Assembly: GCA_048938005.1 (NCBI GenBank)
Contig: JBHLMQ010000011.1
Location: 1-64,000, forward strand
DNA from: Promethearchaeota archaeon
GTDB taxonomy: Archaea; Asgardarchaeota; Lokiarchaeia; Sigyniarchaeales; SOKP01
DNA length: 64,000 bases
Direction: 5' to 3'
This document shows, one piece after another, positions 60,655 to 64,000 of the stretch. Under the pieces are notes generated by a model. The model was not told the DNA's origin. It saw nothing but the letters and a program-made list of their open reading frames with translations, and did not search any database. Within the stretch, counting starts at the first letter, position 1. Each line of letters starts with the position of its first letter. A program made the translations under genes and the position numbers.

Positions 60655-62559
60655 TCATTCTAAATCTTCAATCTCAGCAAGAAAAATATCTGCTATTTTA
60701 TGCCATTTCTGTTTAATATCTAGTTCTTTTGACATCGAATCTGTTAATTCTTTTCCCTTTTTAAGATATTTAACTGCAGACTTCTTATTTCCGAGCTCTT
60801 TATAACATATACCTAACTTTATATATGTCTGATTAATATACCATTCATCAATAGCAATTTCAATTACTTTTTGAAATTGTTCTACAGCATTTTCATACTC
60901 TTCGAAATACATCAAAATTTCTCCATAGGTATCATAGTAAGTCCCATTATCAGGGTCAAGTTCTATGATATTGCGAATGAGATTTAATGATTCTTCTTTT
61001 TTATTTAGATATTGCAACCAATAAGCCTTATAAATAAGTATCTCGTTATCTTTAGGATATTTTTGGAGTAATTCATTAATGATGGTTAATCCGGCTTCAA
61101 GATTCCCTATTCTTTTAAGTATAGACGCTTTTTTTATTTTAATGTCTATCTCATTTTTAGGAAAAATTTCAAGCATATAATCCAATAATGCCAAAATTTC
61201 ATCAAATTGGCCAAAATAAATTAGAATCCTAATTTTTGAGTTATATAAGTCTAGCGATTTTGGATTCAATTCAATTTTTTTATTAATTTCGTTAAGTTCT
61301 TCCCGATATTGAATTTCTAGCTTTTCAGGACTTTTTGATTGAAAGATTTTTGGTATGTTTTGCCAAATAATTCCTTCTAATTTATCATATGTTTCTATTA
61401 ATTCCCTCTCAGCTTCGATTTTATATGCCAAATAATTAATATATCCAGGTATAAACTCTTTTAACGCTTCCTTTAAACCTTTATCAAGCAAAGTTTCACA
61501 GATTTCTTCTACAATATCATTTAAAGTACTTGCTGCATCTGAGGATCTAGCGAATAATTTGTTTAAATATATAAATTCTGTTAAATGATTCTCAGTAATC
61601 GCACGCATTATTGTCTCCAATTTTTCATATTCCTGAAAATAATAATGTTTATCTGGTGGTACTCTTAATTCAAAAAATTTTAGTGGATATATATTATTCT
61701 CAACAATTTCATCAACATAATAGGTTAGAGTATTCTCCTTAATTCTATAATTCTTAGAAAATTCTTCAGCTGAAACGTAATCGGGAAATTGATCTGGATG
61801 ATTAATTGAAAGAAATAATAAAATCTTATGAAAATCTTCCTCGTTTTTTAACATAGATTTAACTCTATTATAATCTAATTTTAAAACATTGTTTAAAAAT
61901 CTAAATTGGATACGCTTATCCTTAATATTATAACTATTAAAAAAATTGATTGTTTGTTTTGTGATTTCTTCAATTCGCTTACTTTCTTCTTCCAAGATTG
62001 TTTGTCTGTCCAAATCGTAATATTTCAGCATCCCTGAATACTCAGATTTGCCTAATTGAGTAATTCTATATTCTCTATTTTCATCATCCTTTCTAATAAA
62101 TCCATTTTTTATCATCATTTTCATTGTTTTTGATAATGATGATTGATTAATTGAAAGAGGTTCTTCAAGAAATTCAGACCATTTACAATAATTATTATTG
62201 TACACCATCCATAAAATCCAATGATCGTAATTCCTTCCACTTTTTAAGATTGTCTCAGGAGGATAACTTAACTTTCTTTCCTTCTTTTCAACTTTAGATA
62301 AGTCATAAAATCTCCTTTTTCCATCTAATGTAATTTTATAATGTCCTTTTGATAGTTTAGTGATGTATCCTTCACTCTTTAATACATTAAGGTGTCTTGA
62401 TAAAGTTGATGTGGGAATTTCAAGTGGGCTCTCAAGAAAATTAGACCACTCACATTCATCGTTATTAAATAACATCCAAAGAATAATATGCTCATAATTC
62501 TTTTTGTCTACCGTTGGAGGATTAATGATCTCTTGAGGGGGGTAATTAATCGTTGACAT
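60655..62559 (-). CDS. Tandem winged-HTH regulator with C-terminal TPR repeats (cassette 3)
   Basis: Same wHTH repeats as 43189 and 52067; TPR-like IELDPDNGTYYDTYGEIL...YENAVEQFQKVI. Confidence 0.82.
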   Translation of the reverse strand: MSTINYPPQEIINPPTVDKKNYEHIILWMLFNNDECEWSNFLESPLEIPTSTLSRHLNVLKSEGYITKLSKGHYKITLDGKRRFYDLSKVEKKERKLSYPPETILKSGRNYDHWILWMVYNNNYCKWSEFLEEPLSINQSSLSKTMKMMIKNGFIRKDDENREYRITQLGKSEYSGMLKYYDLDRQTILEEESKRIEEITKQTINFFNSYNIKDKRIQFRFLNNVLKLDYNRVKSMLKNEEDFHKILLFLSINHPDQFPDYVSAEEFSKNYRIKENTLTYYVDEIVENNIYPLKFFELRVPPDKHYYFQEYEKLETIMRAITENHLTEFIYLNKLFARSSDAASTLNDIVEEICETLLDKGLKEALKEFIPGYINYLAYKIEAERELIETYDKLEGIIWQNIPKIFQSKSPEKLEIQYREELNEINKKIELNPKSLDLYNSKIRILIYFGQFDEILALLDYMLEIFPKNEIDIKIKKASILKRIGNLEAGLTIINELLQKYPKDNEILIYKAYWLQYLNKKEESLNLIRNIIELDPDNGTYYDTYGEILMYFEEYENAVEQFQKVIEIAIDEWYINQTYIKLGICYKELGNKKSAVKYLKKGKELTDSMSKELDIKQKWHKIADIFLAEIEDLE

Positions 62560-62587
62560 TTTCTATGTAACTAAATATTATGAACCT

Positions 62588-62686
62588 TAGATAATGTTAT
62601 ACTATTATTCTATTTATATTTTTTTCCTAATACTGCCATGATAGTTCGGAATTACTATGGGACTGCGATGATAAAAACTATAAATG
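62588..62686 (+). repeat. ~100-bp upstream repeat, copy 1
   Basis: Core tgccatgatagttcggaatt...actgcgatgataaaaactataaatg is repeated within 63722-63821. Confidence 0.85.
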
Positions 62687-62792
62687 TAACAGGATCTATC
62701 TGTTATATTGATCTGATAACTATGATCGAAATTTACATAAAAAGAGGAGTTGATAAAAAATAAAACAACGTAAAAATAGGATTATTAAAGTC

Positions 62793-63479
62793 TTGAAATA
62801 TAGCTTTCTACTAATTATATTAATAGGTCTATTCTCGCAATTTATTAGTTATGGCCGTTCTGCTCCGTCAGGAATATTCGATGGTTTGTATATTAGTCAT
62901 ATACATAGCCTTTCTACATATCCTGAAGAAATTCCTACAAATCTCTCATATACTCATGTTTCAGGTGATATTTATCATGTTGAATGGGCTTGGGGAGGTT
63001 CAATCGGTTCTACGGGTTCTTGGGATGTCAATATTAACACTAGAATTGTCTCAAATGTGCAAGTTTTTGGTCCTCCAAATGGATCTCATCCTGCATTTTG
63101 GATTCACACAAATATTTCACTTTATGATGAAATTATATCATCCTGTGCTTTAACTTCTGCTGGTACCTTTACCATTTCTAATAATTTAGTTATACCCTAT
63201 GGAAATATCTCTATAAATATTTGGGAAATGACAGATCCAGATAATACTAAAGTATGGTATGAAAAGAGTACTGGAATTCTTTTAAATGGCACGTTTCGTA
63301 AGGGAACAATCCATTGGGAGAGTTTTGAATATGTTGATACTAATGCTGTTTTCAATGAAGCAACAATACCTTCAGATGGGGGCACAATTCCAGGATACAA
63401 TTATTTCTTACTAATTAGTATGTTTTGCTTAATTGGAATAATAATAATTCAATACAAATCAAAAAAAAGGAAAAAATGA
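62793..63479 (+). CDS. Secreted/surface protein with IPGY-TM-basic sorting tail (cassette 3)
   Basis: Paralog of 44687 (GIFDG, GSWDVN, FGP, FWI.T, WYEK, IPGY). Confidence 0.8.
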   Translation: MKYSFLLIILIGLFSQFISYGRSAPSGIFDGLYISHIHSLSTYPEEIPTNLSYTHVSGDIYHVEWAWGGSIGSTGSWDVNINTRIVSNVQVFGPPNGSHPAFWIHTNISLYDEIISSCALTSAGTFTISNNLVIPYGNISINIWEMTDPDNTKVWYEKSTGILLNGTFRKGTIHWESFEYVDTNAVFNEATIPSDGGTIPGYNYFLLISMFCLIGIIIIQYKSKKRKK

Positions 63480-63721
63480 TAATATTAGCAAGTAGAAATT
63501 ATAGATTTATTTTTGCAATATTAAAATAATTAAAAGATATGGAAAAAGGAGGAGTAAGGTTAAAAAAGCACACATAAACTTTTATTCCTCCATTCTATCT
63601 ACCTTTTTTTTAAAATTATACAAAAAAAGTGGAGTGAAAATATTCAACGTTTTTTAATATTTAATAGAATTTATTACTTGAAATTCCATAACAACAGAAC
63701 TATATAATCGAATAAAAGTTA

Positions 63722-63821
63722 TAGATAATATCATATTTATTACTCTATTTATATCTGTTTTCCAATATTGCCATGATAGTTCGGAATTCCCATGGAACTG
63801 CGATGATAAAAACTATAAATG
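63722..63821 (+). repeat. ~100-bp upstream repeat, copy 2
   Basis: Direct repeat of 62588-62686, ending in the TATA-like TATAAAT. Confidence 0.85.
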
Positions 63822-63905
63822 GAATTAAATCATCACTTTTAATTGGTCATCCATAAGATGATCACTAAAAAATTTAAAAAATATAAAAAAAAGAGATTGA
63901 AAAAA

Positions 63906-64000
63906 ATGAAAAATACAAAAATACTATTAGGTGCAATTCTAGGGGTTTTAGTACTTAGCTTTGTACCCACAGTTCTCGGATATGGAACTATAAAAAGATC
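63906..64000 (+). CDS. Secreted protein, 5' part only
   Basis: MKNTKILLGAILGVLVLSFVPTVLGYGTIKR, signal-peptide-like; runs off the window. Confidence 0.65.
   Translation, partial: MKNTKILLGAILGVLVLSFVPTVLGYGTIKR

Noticed and set aside
722-63400. Many 60-120-aa ORFs nested in or antisense to longer genes (e.g. 722, 2391, 3840, 4223, 12803, 23284, 34523, 38358, 48351, 50727, 62851)
   Set aside because: They overlap well-supported genes and have no recognisable motifs.
37234-64000. Cassette repetition as an assembly artefact
   Set aside because: The paralogs are strongly diverged and differ in gene content and orientation.
1-64000. CRISPR array, tRNA or rRNA genes
   Set aside because: No regularly spaced short repeats and no GC-rich structured RNA-like segments noticed by eye; a covariance-model scan would be needed to exclude them fully.

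Overview
AT-rich archaeal DNA whose gene content points to an Asgard archaeon, probably Lokiarchaeia (inferred from a Rab-like GTPase, a longin-like/GTPase fusion, a gelsolin-like domain, ubiquitin-like proteins and IPGY-TM-basic C-terminal sorting tails). Bases 1-37 kb are mostly metabolic: a glycyl radical enzyme and hydrolases, then isocitrate-type dehydrogenase, two-subunit ATP-citrate lyase, fumarase, aconitase, glutamate dehydrogenase, SCP2 proteins, TatD, AlaX and an LRR protein. Bases 37-64 kb hold three tandem, diverged ~9 kb cassettes. All three encode an orphan family-5 solute-binding protein, a membrane-anchored beta-solenoid protein, a ~7TM protein with a C4C4 RING-like tail, a degenerate small GTPase, a tandem winged-HTH regulator and a secreted protein; the first two also encode ubiquitin-like proteins. 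A conserved operator/promoter-like motif precedes the ubiquitin-like and secreted genes. This looks like a candidate sensor-to-transcription signalling system built partly from eukaryote-like parts. Several genes appear to start at non-canonical codons (ATT/ATA/ATC/CTG). No rRNA, tRNA, CRISPR array or transposase was recognised. All family assignments come from reading motifs by eye, not from database searches.
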